DNA from: Acidimicrobiia bacterium
GTDB taxonomy: Bacteria; Actinomycetota; Acidimicrobiia; IMCC26256; CAWATG01
DNA length: 64,000 bases
Assembly: GCA_046331155.1 (NCBI GenBank)
Contig: JAXLRK010000001.1
Span: forward strand, 43,012 to 107,011
Reading direction: 5' to 3'
Position numbers and translations under genes: made by a program. Position 1 is the first letter of the stretch. Each line of letters starts with the position of its first letter. The notes beneath the pieces are model-generated. The model worked only from the letters and a program-made list of their open reading frames with translations. It searched no databases and was not told the DNA's origin. Below, in pieces: positions 27,549 to 38,503 of this stretch.

Positions 27549-28436
27549 ATGCGGTGTCCGAATTGCAGCACTCTCGTCGCCGACCGGGATCAGGAGTGCT
27601 GGCTCTGCCGGGCTCACCTGGCGCCCGCCACTTCCGCGTTCTCTACCCCGACCGCCGCGGCGGGCGCGCCGACGGCCGCGGTCACGCCGCCCGCGCCCAC
27701 GGCGACCGCCACGCTGGCTCCGCCCGTTCTCGCCGACGCGGTCGGTCTGCCCTCCTTCGACGGTGCGCCCGACCACTGGCACGCGCCCACCGGGTCGCCC
27801 GCTGCGGGGTACGGGAACACCCCGCCCGTCGGGCCTTGGCCACCGACCGGAGCACGGTCCTCCAAGCCTCGACGCGCCCGTCGCGGGCGCGTCGCCGGAG
27901 CGCTGGGCGTCCTCGCGATCCTCGCGGTGAAGATCGGCCTCGGGGTCTACTTCTCCATGCCCGATGCCACCCAGGTGCGCGAAGCCAGTGCATTCGCGGC
28001 GGGTCAACGGGCCGGGGTCGCCTACACCTCTGCCGCGGGCCGGTTCAGCGCCACCTTCCCCGCGAGACCGGTGGAGACGGATCGCACCCACGCACTCGAG
28101 GCGGGCGGCACGCTCACGGTCCACTGGGTGGACTCCGGCAGCGACGACCACTACTTCGGCGTCCACTACGTCGACTACCCCGGCGCGTCGGACTTCGCGA
28201 TGCGCGGCGTCGTCAACGACTGGCGAGCCCCAGCCGACACGACGGACGTCACCGCCGGGGGTACCACCTACCAGGGCGCGCCGGCACGGGAGCTGACGTG
28301 GCGCTTCCACGGGCGGACGCTCCGGGAGCTGACCGTCTCGTCCGGCACGCGGGTCTACTTCGTGCGGGTCGGCACGTCGGACGACACCGACGGCGGCTAC
28401 GCCCGCTTCCGCGACTCCTTCCGGGTGACCGGCTGA
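27549..28436 (+). CDS. zinc-ribbon / single-TM / extracytoplasmic beta-rich domain protein (paralog A)
   Basis: Has 'MRCPNCSTLVADRDQECWLC', a Pro/Ala-rich linker, the TM 'VAGALGVLAILAVKIGLGVYF', and a C-terminus ending 'FRDSFRVTG'. Confidence 0.7.
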   Translation: MRCPNCSTLVADRDQECWLCRAHLAPATSAFSTPTAAAGAPTAAVTPPAPTATATLAPPVLADAVGLPSFDGAPDHWHAPTGSPAAGYGNTPPVGPWPPTGARSSKPRRARRGRVAGALGVLAILAVKIGLGVYFSMPDATQVREASAFAAGQRAGVAYTSAAGRFSATFPARPVETDRTHALEAGGTLTVHWVDSGSDDHYFGVHYVDYPGASDFAMRGVVNDWRAPADTTDVTAGGTTYQGAPARELTWRFHGRTLRELTVSSGTRVYFVRVGTSDDTDGGYARFRDSFRVTG

Positions 28437-28465
28437 CCCATCGCGGCGGCGTCCCGACGGGCGGC

Positions 28466-28494
28466 TCAGATCGGTCCCCGAAGGGCCGATCTGA
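28466..28494 (+). terminator. hairpin between the two paralogs (terminator/attenuator candidate, no U-tract)
   Basis: Sequence tcagatcggtcc-ccgaa-gggccgatctga, with one G.U pair, 30 nt after the stop at 28436. Confidence 0.3.
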
Positions 28495-28538
28495 CACGGG
28501 ATGTCCGGGAGTCACGGACCCCGGAGGAGGGAAACGGG

Positions 28539-29414
28539 ATGCGTTGCCCCCATTGCAGCACCATCGTCGCCGAGTCCGCCACCGGGTGCTGGCTCTGCAA
28601 GCGCCCGTTCGCCGAGGACGCCGTGCCGTCGCCCGAGATGGCCGCCGTCGGGGCCCCGCCCGGGACGACGGCCGGCGTGGCGGCCCCGCCCGGCCCCGGC
28701 GGACAGTCCGGTCAAACGGGACCATGGATCCCGCCCGCGCCCGGTACCTGGATCCCACCCGTCGCGTCGCCCGGCGGGTCGGGCAAGGGCCGCGTCCTGG
28801 CGGTCGTCGGGCTCCTCGTCGTCGCGTTGCTCGCCTTCGCCACGCTCGGGGCGGTCACGAAGCTGGGCAAGTCGAACGACCACCCGGAGGCCCGGACCAC
28901 GTCCGACTTCTGCGAGCGGATCCCCGGGTGCCAGCAGGCCCGATCCTCGGCCGGCGGCTCGACCAGCGCGCCGTACACCTCGACCGAGGGCCACTTCTCC
29001 GTGAACTTCCCCGGCGAACCCAAGCACACCGTTGAGCCGGACACAGTGGACGGAGTGACACTGCATGCTGACGGATGGGAGGTGGTGACGGACAGCGCAA
29101 GCTTCGCCGTGAAGACAGAACCGTTCCCGTTCGGCAACGTCAATGCCGCCAGGGTCGGCGCCTTCTTCGACGCCTGGGCGACCACTTCCGCGCGCAACCT
29201 AGGGGGCACGGTCGTGAGCAACGTTCACACGACCTTCGGGCTAGCGCCGGGCACCGAGTTCACGCTGAGGGGCACGGTCAGCGGCATCGGCATCTGGGTG
29301 CACGGCCGGGCTCTCCTCGTCAGCCAGCGGTTCTACGTCGTGGTGATGATGACGCCGACCGAGAACCCGAGCGAGTGGCCGGCGTTCCGCGACTCGTTCA
29401 AGGTCACGGCCTGA
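28539..29414 (+). CDS. zinc-ribbon / single-TM / extracytoplasmic beta-rich domain protein (paralog B)
   Basis: Has 'MRCPHCSTIVAESATGCWLC', a Pro-rich linker, the TM 'VLAVVGLLVVALLAFATLGAV', and a C-terminus ending 'FRDSFKVTA'. ggaggaggg lies upstream. Confidence 0.7.
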   Translation: MRCPHCSTIVAESATGCWLCKRPFAEDAVPSPEMAAVGAPPGTTAGVAAPPGPGGQSGQTGPWIPPAPGTWIPPVASPGGSGKGRVLAVVGLLVVALLAFATLGAVTKLGKSNDHPEARTTSDFCERIPGCQQARSSAGGSTSAPYTSTEGHFSVNFPGEPKHTVEPDTVDGVTLHADGWEVVTDSASFAVKTEPFPFGNVNAARVGAFFDAWATTSARNLGGTVVSNVHTTFGLAPGTEFTLRGTVSGIGIWVHGRALLVSQRFYVVVMMTPTENPSEWPAFRDSFKVTA

Positions 29415-29445
29415 CCACCCCTCGACCTGACGGCGCCGGCGCGGC

Positions 29446-30057
29446 TCATGTACCGAGGAACTCGCGCGAGATCTGGTCGCGGCGTTTCTCCCACTCCTCG
29501 GCGGTGATGGCGTAGCGGACGTGGTCCTCCCACACGCCACGGATCTGGAGGAAGCGCAGCGCGATGCCCTCGTCGCGCAGGCCGAGCTTCTCGGCGACGC
29601 GACGGCTCGCCTGGTTGCGCGGCACGATCGCGGCCTCGAGCCGGTGCAGGTGCAGGTCGTCGAACCCGTAGCGGATGACGAGCGCGACGCCCTCGGGCAC
29701 GAGCCCCATCCCCGCGTGCAGCCGGTCGACCCAGTACCCGATGTAGCCCGACTGGAACGGACCCCGCTGGACGCTGCCCAGGCTCACCTCGCCGATGAAC
29801 GCGCCGTCGCGCAGGAAGAGCCCGAAGCCGTAGGCGGTGTCGAAGTGGCGCTGCCGCTCCCACGCGCTGCACCGGGCGCGGAAGGCGTCGAGGTCGGTGG
29901 TCGGGTCCGGGGTCCCCGGCTCGGAGAGCGGCTCCCAGGTCTCGAGCCACTCGCGGCTGCGTTCGCGGACGTCACGCCACGCCCCGAAGTCCGAACCCTT
30001 GAGCGGCCGGAGCTGCACCCGCGGACCGACGATCGGCCGTCCGTCATGCCAGCGCAC
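29446..30057 (-). CDS. GNAT-family N-acetyltransferase (RimJ/RimL-like)
   Basis: Has 'VQLRPLKGSDFGAWRDVRERSREWLETWEP' and 'ASRRVAEKLGLRDEG'. Confidence 0.8.
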   Translation of the reverse strand: MRWHDGRPIVGPRVQLRPLKGSDFGAWRDVRERSREWLETWEPLSEPGTPDPTTDLDAFRARCSAWERQRHFDTAYGFGLFLRDGAFIGEVSLGSVQRGPFQSGYIGYWVDRLHAGMGLVPEGVALVIRYGFDDLHLHRLEAAIVPRNQASRRVAEKLGLRDEGIALRFLQIRGVWEDHVRYAITAEEWEKRRDQISREFLGT

Positions 30058-30128
30058 GGAGGCGCTCCGTCACCCGGTCCATGGCGCTCAGGCTACCGGT
30101 CTCGATGAGCGCCCGGATTCGGCCGGTT

Positions 30129-30291
30129 AGAACCCGGGCGGATAGGTGGCGTTGGTGGATCGGCGTGTCGGGGGTGCCGCTGGCAAGGACGCACGACGAA
30201 GGCGCAGCTGAAGCTGCGTCGAGGAGGAGGACGCAGTCCAGCGGTGCCACCGGCCGGCGAGGCACGGCGTTCACCTATCCGCCCGGGTTCT
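30129..30291. other. 163-nt element bounded by a perfect 20-bp inverted repeat (structured RNA or MITE-like candidate)
   Basis: agaacccgggcggataggtg (30129..30148) is the reverse complement of cacctatccgcccgggttct (30272..30291). Internal helices include ggtgccgctgg/ccagcggtgcc and ggcgcagc-tgaa-gctgcgtc. Confidence 0.6.
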
Positions 30292-30309
30292 CGGTCGCGG
30301 GTCGGTAAG

Positions 30310-30912
<603 letters not shown>

Positions 30913-30939
30913 GCGCGTGCGGCCCGTTCACGCGGCCGA

Positions 30940-32034
30940 TCAGCCGACCAGCTCGTCGAGCGCGGCGAGCAGGGCGAGCACGGAGCGCTCGCGGGCGGTG
31001 TGCCCCATGAGTCCGATGCGCCACGCGGTGCCTGCGAGCTCGCCGAGCCCGCCGCCGACCTCGATGCCGTAGCGGTCGAGCAGCGCTCGTCGGGTCGTGG
31101 CGTCGTCGACGCCGTCGGGCAGCCGGCACGACGTGAGCTGCGGGAGCCGGTGGCCCTCTTCCGCGAGCAACGAGAATCCTCGCTTCGGGAGTCGCTCCTG
31201 GAGCAGTGCGCCAACCGCCCGGTGCCGCGCCCAGGCCGCTTCGAGTCCCTCGTCGAGCAGCGCGCCGAGGCCGGCGTGCAGCGAGAAGATCATCGAGATC
31301 GGCGCGGTGTGGTGATAGCGGCGGGCCGCGCCGACGTACGCGCCGATCAGCCCGAGATCCAGGTACCAGGACTGCGGCGGCTCGCGGCGCGCCCGGAGCC
31401 GTTCGGCCGCGCGGGCCGAGAACGTCACCGGCGAGAGGCCGGGCGCGACGCCGAGGCACTTCTGCGTTCCCGAGTAGCAGGCGTCGACGCCCCAACGGTC
31501 GACCTCGACCGGGATGCCGCCGAGCGACGTGACGGTGTCGACGAGCAGCAACGTGTCGGTCTCCTGCAACGCGGCGAGCGGCGCGACGTCGCTCTCGACG
31601 CCGGTGGACGTCTCGGCGTGGACGACGGCGACGAGCCGGGCCCCGGGCTGCGCGCGCTGCGCGTCGAGGAGCCGTTGGGGATCCATGGCGCGACCCCACG
31701 GCGCGTCGACCCGCACGACCTCGGCGCCGCAGCGGCGCGCGACCTCGCACATCCGCTCGCCGAACACGCCGTTGACGCCGACGATCACGGTGTCGCCCGG
31801 CTCGACGAGGTTCACGAAGCACGTCTCCATGCCGGCCGAGCCGGTCCCGCTGATCGGGAGGGTGAGCTCGTTGGCGGTCCGGAACACCTGCCGCAGGCGC
31901 GCCGCGGTCTCGTCGAGCAGCGCGAGGAACTCGGGGTCGAGGTGGCCGAGCATCGGCCGGGCCAACGCGGCCTGCGCCTCGGGGTACGGGTTGGAGGGGC
32001 CGGGCCCCAACAGCAGCCGCTCGCTCAGCGCCAT
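30940..32034 (-). CDS. class-V aminotransferase (alanine-glyoxylate / serine-pyruvate aminotransferase family)
   Basis: Has 'LLLGPGPSNPYPEAQAAL', 'ISGTGSAGMET' and 'SGTQKCLG' (PLP Lys). Confidence 0.8.
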   Translation of the reverse strand: MALSERLLLGPGPSNPYPEAQAALARPMLGHLDPEFLALLDETAARLRQVFRTANELTLPISGTGSAGMETCFVNLVEPGDTVIVGVNGVFGERMCEVARRCGAEVVRVDAPWGRAMDPQRLLDAQRAQPGARLVAVVHAETSTGVESDVAPLAALQETDTLLLVDTVTSLGGIPVEVDRWGVDACYSGTQKCLGVAPGLSPVTFSARAAERLRARREPPQSWYLDLGLIGAYVGAARRYHHTAPISMIFSLHAGLGALLDEGLEAAWARHRAVGALLQERLPKRGFSLLAEEGHRLPQLTSCRLPDGVDDATTRRALLDRYGIEVGGGLGELAGTAWRIGLMGHTARERSVLALLAALDELVG

Positions 32035-32078
32035 CGTTCGATGCTAACGGGACGGCCCGATGACGAGCCGGTCCGAAG

Positions 32079-32456
32079 TCAGGCCGCGACGAGCGGGTTG
32101 ACCTCGCTCCACGTCTCGACGAGCGGGCGCACCTCGGGCTCGCAGGTCATGCCGCCCACCACGGCGCGGGCGAGCTCGGCCGCGGACCGCGCCACGGCCG
32201 TCACCACCGGGTCCGGCAGCGTGAAGCCGGCCGCGGTCGCCGCAGCGAGGACCGCCTGGCCGGCCGAGTACGCGGCGTGCGCCGCGAGCCGCGTCCGCCG
32301 CGCCCGGCGCAGGCAGCGGTCGATCGCGAGCGTCGCGCGCCACGCGTCCACCTCGTCACCCGCGGATTGCGAATGACGTTCGATCGCCCGGGCCACGGCG
32401 CGGAGATCGGGCTCCGTCATCGTGGCCAGCGACCGGGTGAACTCGCTCAGATCCAT
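32079..32456 (-). CDS. hypothetical protein
   Basis: Helical, Ala-rich ORF of 125 aa from the ATG at 32456. No motif recognised. Confidence 0.45.
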   Translation of the reverse strand: MDLSEFTRSLATMTEPDLRAVARAIERHSQSAGDEVDAWRATLAIDRCLRRARRTRLAAHAAYSAGQAVLAAATAAGFTLPDPVVTAVARSAAELARAVVGGMTCEPEVRPLVETWSEVNPLVAA

Positions 32457-32547
32457 GCCTTCTTGTCGGCAGCGGACACGGGAGTTTGAGGGATTCGCCG
32501 GGGCCGGCAACCACCCCCCACGCCACGTCGACCCCGGGCTGCGCCGC

Positions 32548-33483
32548 TCAGCCCAGGCTCCGTACGAGGCCGTCGAGGATGTCCGCCTCCGACACCAGCA
32601 TGGCGTCGGCGTCGTAGTGGCGGAGGATCGAGACGAGCACGATGGCTCCGCCGACGATGACGTCGACGCGGCCCGGTTCGAGCCCGGGCGTCTGCCGGCG
32701 GAGCTCGACGGGCTCGAGCGCCAGCGTGCGGAAGATCTCCTCGGCCGCCGGCCGCGTCAAGCGGTGGTGGTGGATCCTCTCCGGGTCGTATTCGGGGAGG
32801 CCGAGGTCGATCGCGGCCATGTTGGTGACCGTGCCCGCGAGCCCCACGACCGTGGCCGCGCCCGCCGCGGCCGGCACCTCACGGTCGACGTCGGCGAGGT
32901 GGTCGCGCATGGTCATCACGGCGTTCGACAGCTCCTCGGGCGTCGGGGGATCCGACGCGAGGAACTGCTCGGTGAGCCGCACGCAGCCGACGTCGACCGA
33001 CACGAGCCCTTCGGGCTTCTCGGTGCCGACGACGAGCTCGGTGGACCCACCGCCGATGTCGACCACCAGGTACGGCGGCGGGGCGGTGGCCGCTTCCAGG
33101 TCAGCGGTGGCACCGGCGAACGACAGCTCCGCCTCCTCCTCGCCGGAGATCAGCTCGAGCTCGTGCCCCAGCACCTCGGCGGCCGGGCCGAACAGCTCCT
33201 CGCGGTTCGTAGCGTCCCGCGACGCGCTCGTGGTGCCGGCCCGGACCGATTCGACCCCGAGCTCGTCGAGCGCGCTCCGGTACTCGCGGAAGACGGCGAG
33301 CGTGCGCTCGATCGCGTCGGGATGCAGACGGCGGTTGGCGTCGACGCCCTGCCCGAGTCGAGTGATCCGCATGCGGCGGTCGACGGTCCGGAGCCTGGCC
33401 GCACGCCCTTTGCCGGTCACGTCGGCCACGAGCAGGCGCACGGAGTTCGTCCCGACGTCGATGGCACCCAGACGGCGCGTCAC
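32548..33483 (-). CDS. ppx: Ppx/GppA-family phosphatase (exopolyphosphatase)
   Basis: Has 'LGAIDVGTNSVRLLVADV' and 'VVDIGGGSTELVVG'. The GTG start overlaps the DUF501 stop (GTGA). Confidence 0.85.
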   Translation of the reverse strand: MTRRLGAIDVGTNSVRLLVADVTGKGRAARLRTVDRRMRITRLGQGVDANRRLHPDAIERTLAVFREYRSALDELGVESVRAGTTSASRDATNREELFGPAAEVLGHELELISGEEEAELSFAGATADLEAATAPPPYLVVDIGGGSTELVVGTEKPEGLVSVDVGCVRLTEQFLASDPPTPEELSNAVMTMRDHLADVDREVPAAAGAATVVGLAGTVTNMAAIDLGLPEYDPERIHHHRLTRPAAEEIFRTLALEPVELRRQTPGLEPGRVDVIVGGAIVLVSILRHYDADAMLVSEADILDGLVRSLG

Positions 33484-33947
33484 GCGGACTCCTCGGCCGC
33501 CGGCACGGCGAGCCGTTCGTGGACCCAACGCCCGACCGGGTCGTCGCCACCGGCGAGGAAGTACGCGTAGTGGGCGTGGAGGCACTTCACGCCGGTGCGG
33601 GTCCCGCCGACGCCGCCCGAGGGACGCGGGCCGCGGTGGCCGACGGGGATCGTCGCGTCGCGTTCACGCGCGTACGCGGCATGGGCCGCGGCAAGTGCGG
33701 CCGGATCGACCGCCCCCTCCGCGCGGCGCACACCGCCGTCGGACTCCAGGCGCGCGATCCGCGGCGAGAGGTCGGCGTCGACCAGCCAGTACCGCGTGGG
33801 CATCGGCGTCCCGTCGTGGAGGAACGGTGCGTTGCGGATCACCGACGGCAGCGCGCGCGAATCGCGCACGACGACCTCGAACTCGCACTGTGGTGCGCGG
33901 CCGAGCAGCCGCGTCAACGCGGCCACGTCCTCGGGGGTCGACGGCAT
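33480..33947 (-). CDS. DUF501-domain protein
   Basis: 155 aa in the conserved position between ftsB and ppx, as in mycobacteria (Rv1025-like), with 'PTRYWLVD' and 'KCLHAHYAYFLAGGDDPVG'. Confidence 0.7.
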   Translation of the reverse strand: MPSTPEDVAALTRLLGRAPQCEFEVVVRDSRALPSVIRNAPFLHDGTPMPTRYWLVDADLSPRIARLESDGGVRRAEGAVDPAALAAAHAAYARERDATIPVGHRGPRPSGGVGGTRTGVKCLHAHYAYFLAGGDDPVGRWVHERLAVPAAEESA

Positions 33948-34007
33948 GCGGCCAGTCTGTCGGAGGCCGCGCGGAGGAGCCAGTCGCCCGGGGTCAGGAT
34001 TCGGGGG

Positions 34008-34433
34008 TCAGGGTGCGGGCGTCGCGGCCGTCGCCTGCGGTGCTGCCGTGGTCAGCTCCGACGGCGCGTCGTTGGCGTCGGCGCCGACACCGCCGTCGGG
34101 GGCGGAGCTCCCCGTGGCGCCCGGCGTGGCGGCGGGCGCAGGCTCCTGCGGGATGATGGCGTAGGCCTTCTCGCCCGGCTTCACGAGGTTGTAGCGATCG
34201 CGGGCGATCCGTTCGATCTCGGCCGAGCTCCGCAGCCGCTTCGCCTCCTTGGCCAGCGATGCGTTCTGCTGCTCCAGCACCTGGAGCTGCTCGCGCACCG
34301 CGTTCGTCTCGCGCCGCTGGGCGAGGTACGCGCGCGTGGGGAAGACGAACAGGAAGAGGACCGTCACGCCGACGAGGAACACGACCGTGATCTGCATGAC
34401 GGGCCGGCGCCAGAGCGGCTCCGGCGCCATCAT
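34008..34433 (-). CDS. ftsB: septum-formation initiator family protein (FtsB/DivIC)
   Basis: Single TM 'ITVVFLVGVTVLFLFVF', then the coiled coil 'LQVLEQQNASLAKEAKRL' and 'IERIARDRYNLVKPGE'. The ATG at 34433 lies just after the eno stop. Confidence 0.8.
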   Translation of the reverse strand: MMAPEPLWRRPVMQITVVFLVGVTVLFLFVFPTRAYLAQRRETNAVREQLQVLEQQNASLAKEAKRLRSSAEIERIARDRYNLVKPGEKAYAIIPQEPAPAATPGATGSSAPDGGVGADANDAPSELTTAAPQATAATPAP

Positions 34434-34443
34434 GTCGACGACC

Positions 34444-35739
<1,296 letters not shown>

Positions 35740-35873
35740 TCACCTGTGGAAGCTGATGCTGGTGTTGTTTGCGTGACTGGTGTGACGAAGGTAGTCCACT
35801 GTGGCCCGTTGGGATGGGAGCCCCGATCCGGAATCCGGCGTCACCTCACGGCCCGATGATGCCCGCCGGCGGG

Positions 35874-37367
35874 TCAGGACCGGGAACCGGCCACGTCGGC
35901 CCACAGCGCCTCGACCGTCGCCGCATCGGCCCCACCCAGCTCGACGCCTCGCGACGCGGCCAGCCGCTCCATCTCCTCGAAGCGGGCCCGGAACCGCGCC
36001 GACCAGGCCCGGAGCGACGTCTCGGCGTCGACCCCCCGGGCCCGGGCCAGGACCACAGTGCCCGCCAGCAGCTCACCGAGACGACGCTCGACGTCGGCGT
36101 CGCCCGCCGTGGCGAGGGCCGCCGTGGCCGTCGCGATCCGCTCGAGCGCGACCTCGGCCGAGCCCGGCTCCAGCCCGACGGACGCCGCCTTGCGGTAGAG
36201 CTTGTGGGCGTAGAGCAGCGACGGCAGACCGGCCGTGATCCCGGCGACGATCGACTGCTCTCCCTTCTCGGCCTTCTTGATCTGCTCCCAGTTTCGGATC
36301 ACCTGCTCGGAGGTGTCCGCCTCGACCGGCCCGAACACGTGCGGGTGACGGCGGACCAGCTTGTCGTGGATGCCGTGGGCCACGTCGGCCATCGTGAACG
36401 CGCCGGCCTCCTGCGCGAGCAGGGCGTGGAACACGATCTGGTAGAGCAGGTCGCCGAGCTCGTCCTCGAGCCGTGCATAGCCGCCCGGCAGCTCGGCGCC
36501 GGCCGTGACCCCGGCCGGCGCGTCGACGGGCAACGCCTCGACGGTCTCGACGACCTCGTACGCCTCCTCGAGGAGGTACCGCGTGAGCGAGTGGTGCGTC
36601 TGCTCCGCGTCCCAGGGGCACCCGCCCGGTGCACGCAGCCGCGCTGCGAGCTCGAGGAGGCGCACGTACTCCTGCGCGGGCGCCCGATCGCCCAGGTCGA
36701 CGAACACCGACGTGAGGTGGTCGGGCTCGACGGCCCGGTCCAATTCCGAGAGCGGGAGGCCCGTGATCGCCTCGGTGGCGAGGCCGAGGCGCTGGAGCAC
36801 GACGACTTCGGCCTTCGGCGCGAGCACGTCGAGCAACGCGAGCTTCACGTCGGAGAGCAGCAACCGGTTCCAGCAGTGACCGACGAGCAGGGGGCCCGAG
36901 AGGCCGGCGGCCGCGACCGCGAACTCCTGGGCGTCGACCACGTGCGCACCCTGCATCGGGTCGACGCCCAGCTTCGTCCACGCGAGCTCGGCGAACGACA
37001 GGCCCGGGAGCACCTCGAGGTCGATCAGGCCCCGGGCCGAGAGGTCACGGAGCAGCACGACCGTGCGCTCCGCGACCGCCGGGCTCCCGGGCACGGCGTA
37101 GACGACCTCGCCGTTCGCCGCCGCGGCCTCGCTGACCGCGTCGGCGATGGCGCCGTAGACCGCCTCGAAATCCGGCGCTGCGTCGTACCGGTCGTCGAAC
37201 GAGTCGAAGGCCAGGCCGGCCGCGCGCAGCTCGTCGACCGCCGGATGACGCGTCGTGCGCACGAACCGGGCCGGGATCCGCTCGAGGGCGTGCCGAGCGG
37301 CCGGGAGCACGAGGTCGGCGCCGGCCGGGCCGAGCCCCACGACCACGACGCGACCCCGCCGGGTCAC
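35874..37367 (-). CDS. mazG: MazG nucleoside-triphosphate pyrophosphohydrolase fused to N-terminal tetrapyrrole-methylase-like domain (YabN-type)
   Basis: N-terminal part has 'VVVVGLGPAGADL ... VYAVPGSPAVAERT'. C-terminal part has 'CPWDAEQTHHSLTRYLLEEAYEV' and 'EDELGDLLYQIV'. The GTG at 37367 overlaps the upstream stop (GTGA). Confidence 0.85.
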   Translation of the reverse strand: MTRRGRVVVVGLGPAGADLVLPAARHALERIPARFVRTTRHPAVDELRAAGLAFDSFDDRYDAAPDFEAVYGAIADAVSEAAAANGEVVYAVPGSPAVAERTVVLLRDLSARGLIDLEVLPGLSFAELAWTKLGVDPMQGAHVVDAQEFAVAAAGLSGPLLVGHCWNRLLLSDVKLALLDVLAPKAEVVVLQRLGLATEAITGLPLSELDRAVEPDHLTSVFVDLGDRAPAQEYVRLLELAARLRAPGGCPWDAEQTHHSLTRYLLEEAYEVVETVEALPVDAPAGVTAGAELPGGYARLEDELGDLLYQIVFHALLAQEAGAFTMADVAHGIHDKLVRRHPHVFGPVEADTSEQVIRNWEQIKKAEKGEQSIVAGITAGLPSLLYAHKLYRKAASVGLEPGSAEVALERIATATAALATAGDADVERRLGELLAGTVVLARARGVDAETSLRAWSARFRARFEEMERLAASRGVELGGADAATVEALWADVAGSRS

Positions 37368-38458
37368 GGCGAGCCGGTGGCAGGCGCGGACGCCGGCGCG
37401 GAGGTCGGCGGCGAGGTCGCGCCACCCTGGGGCACCTGGGATGCCGTCGTCGTCGTGGCCGAGTTCCTGCCCGTCGACGGGCGGGTCTTCGCCTTCGGCG
37501 CCGCCGGCGGTTCGACGGCGAATTGCGGCTTCCGCACGACTCTGCCGTACTTCGGGTTCAGCGACACGCGGGCCTTCTTCAGGGTGTTCTGCAGGTGCGT
37601 GGAGAGCTTCTGGTTCTGCTCGGCCAGGAAGTTCTGCTCGACGGCGGCGCGCTGTCCTTCGAAGGTGAGCGGGGTCACCTTGATGAGATGCCAGCCGTAC
37701 TGCGTCTGCACCGGTGCCGAAACCGTATCGGGCGCCAGCGCGTCTGCGGCCTTCTCGAACTCCGGCACGTACTGCCCCGCGGTGAGGCACCCGACCTGCC
37801 CACCCTGTTGGGCGGACTGGGTGTCGGTCGACTTCTGCGCGGCAGTCGACGCGAAGTCCGCCCCCTTGGCGAGGTCGGCGGCGATGGCGTCGGCCTCCGC
37901 CTTCGTCTTGACGAGGATGTGCGAGACGAGCTTGCCCGACGGGCACTTGGACGTTTTGAGCTCTTCGAAGCTCTTGCGCAACTCGGCCTCCGTCGGTGCG
38001 GGACCCAGCACCGTCAGCAGCCGCTCGAAGCGGCCCAGTTGCAGGTCGCGGAACCACTTCGGGAACGCGTCGAAGACCTGCTTGCTCGAGAAGTACTGGT
38101 CGCGGAACGTCGGCAGGAGCTTCTTCGCCCGCGCCGAGACCTTCAGGTGACGCTGCGCGAACTCGTGGTCCACCACCGACTGCTGCATCCCGGCCTGGGC
38201 CCAGGTCGCGGTCAGCTTCGGATCCATCGCGCCTTTCGCGGGCTTCGAACCGCCGCTCTGGGCGATGAGCTTCTGGAGCTGCGCGTTGTCGCGCAGCGCC
38301 CGCAGCTCGCGCTGGAAGTCGTGATCGCTCGTCGAGCGACCGTCGACGCTGAACGCGTCGGCACCGGCGGACGACCCGCAGCCCGTGAGCGCCAGACCGG
38401 TGACGACGGCGACCACGGCGGCCGCGGCCGTGAAGCGGGACAGGGAACGAGCGGACAT
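37364..38458 (-). CDS. lipoprotein with SurA-N-like and parvulin-type PPIase domains
   Basis: Lipobox 'LALTGC'. Parvulin block 'VSHILVKTKAEAD ... YGWHLIKV'. Confidence 0.75.
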   Translation of the reverse strand: MSARSLSRFTAAAAVVAVVTGLALTGCGSSAGADAFSVDGRSTSDHDFQRELRALRDNAQLQKLIAQSGGSKPAKGAMDPKLTATWAQAGMQQSVVDHEFAQRHLKVSARAKKLLPTFRDQYFSSKQVFDAFPKWFRDLQLGRFERLLTVLGPAPTEAELRKSFEELKTSKCPSGKLVSHILVKTKAEADAIAADLAKGADFASTAAQKSTDTQSAQQGGQVGCLTAGQYVPEFEKAADALAPDTVSAPVQTQYGWHLIKVTPLTFEGQRAAVEQNFLAEQNQKLSTHLQNTLKKARVSLNPKYGRVVRKPQFAVEPPAAPKAKTRPSTGRNSATTTTASQVPQGGATSPPTSAPASAPATGSP

Positions 38459-38503
38459 CTGGAGGCTTTCGAGTCGGGGGCAGCGGGAGCGAAGGGGGCG
38501 CGC

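Noticed and set aside
30044-30308. Two small ORFs (76 aa minus, 75 aa plus) across the GNAT/orn spacer
   Set aside because: Both are mirror images generated by the inverted-repeat element. They are Arg/Ala-rich, lack SD sequences and have no recognisable motifs.
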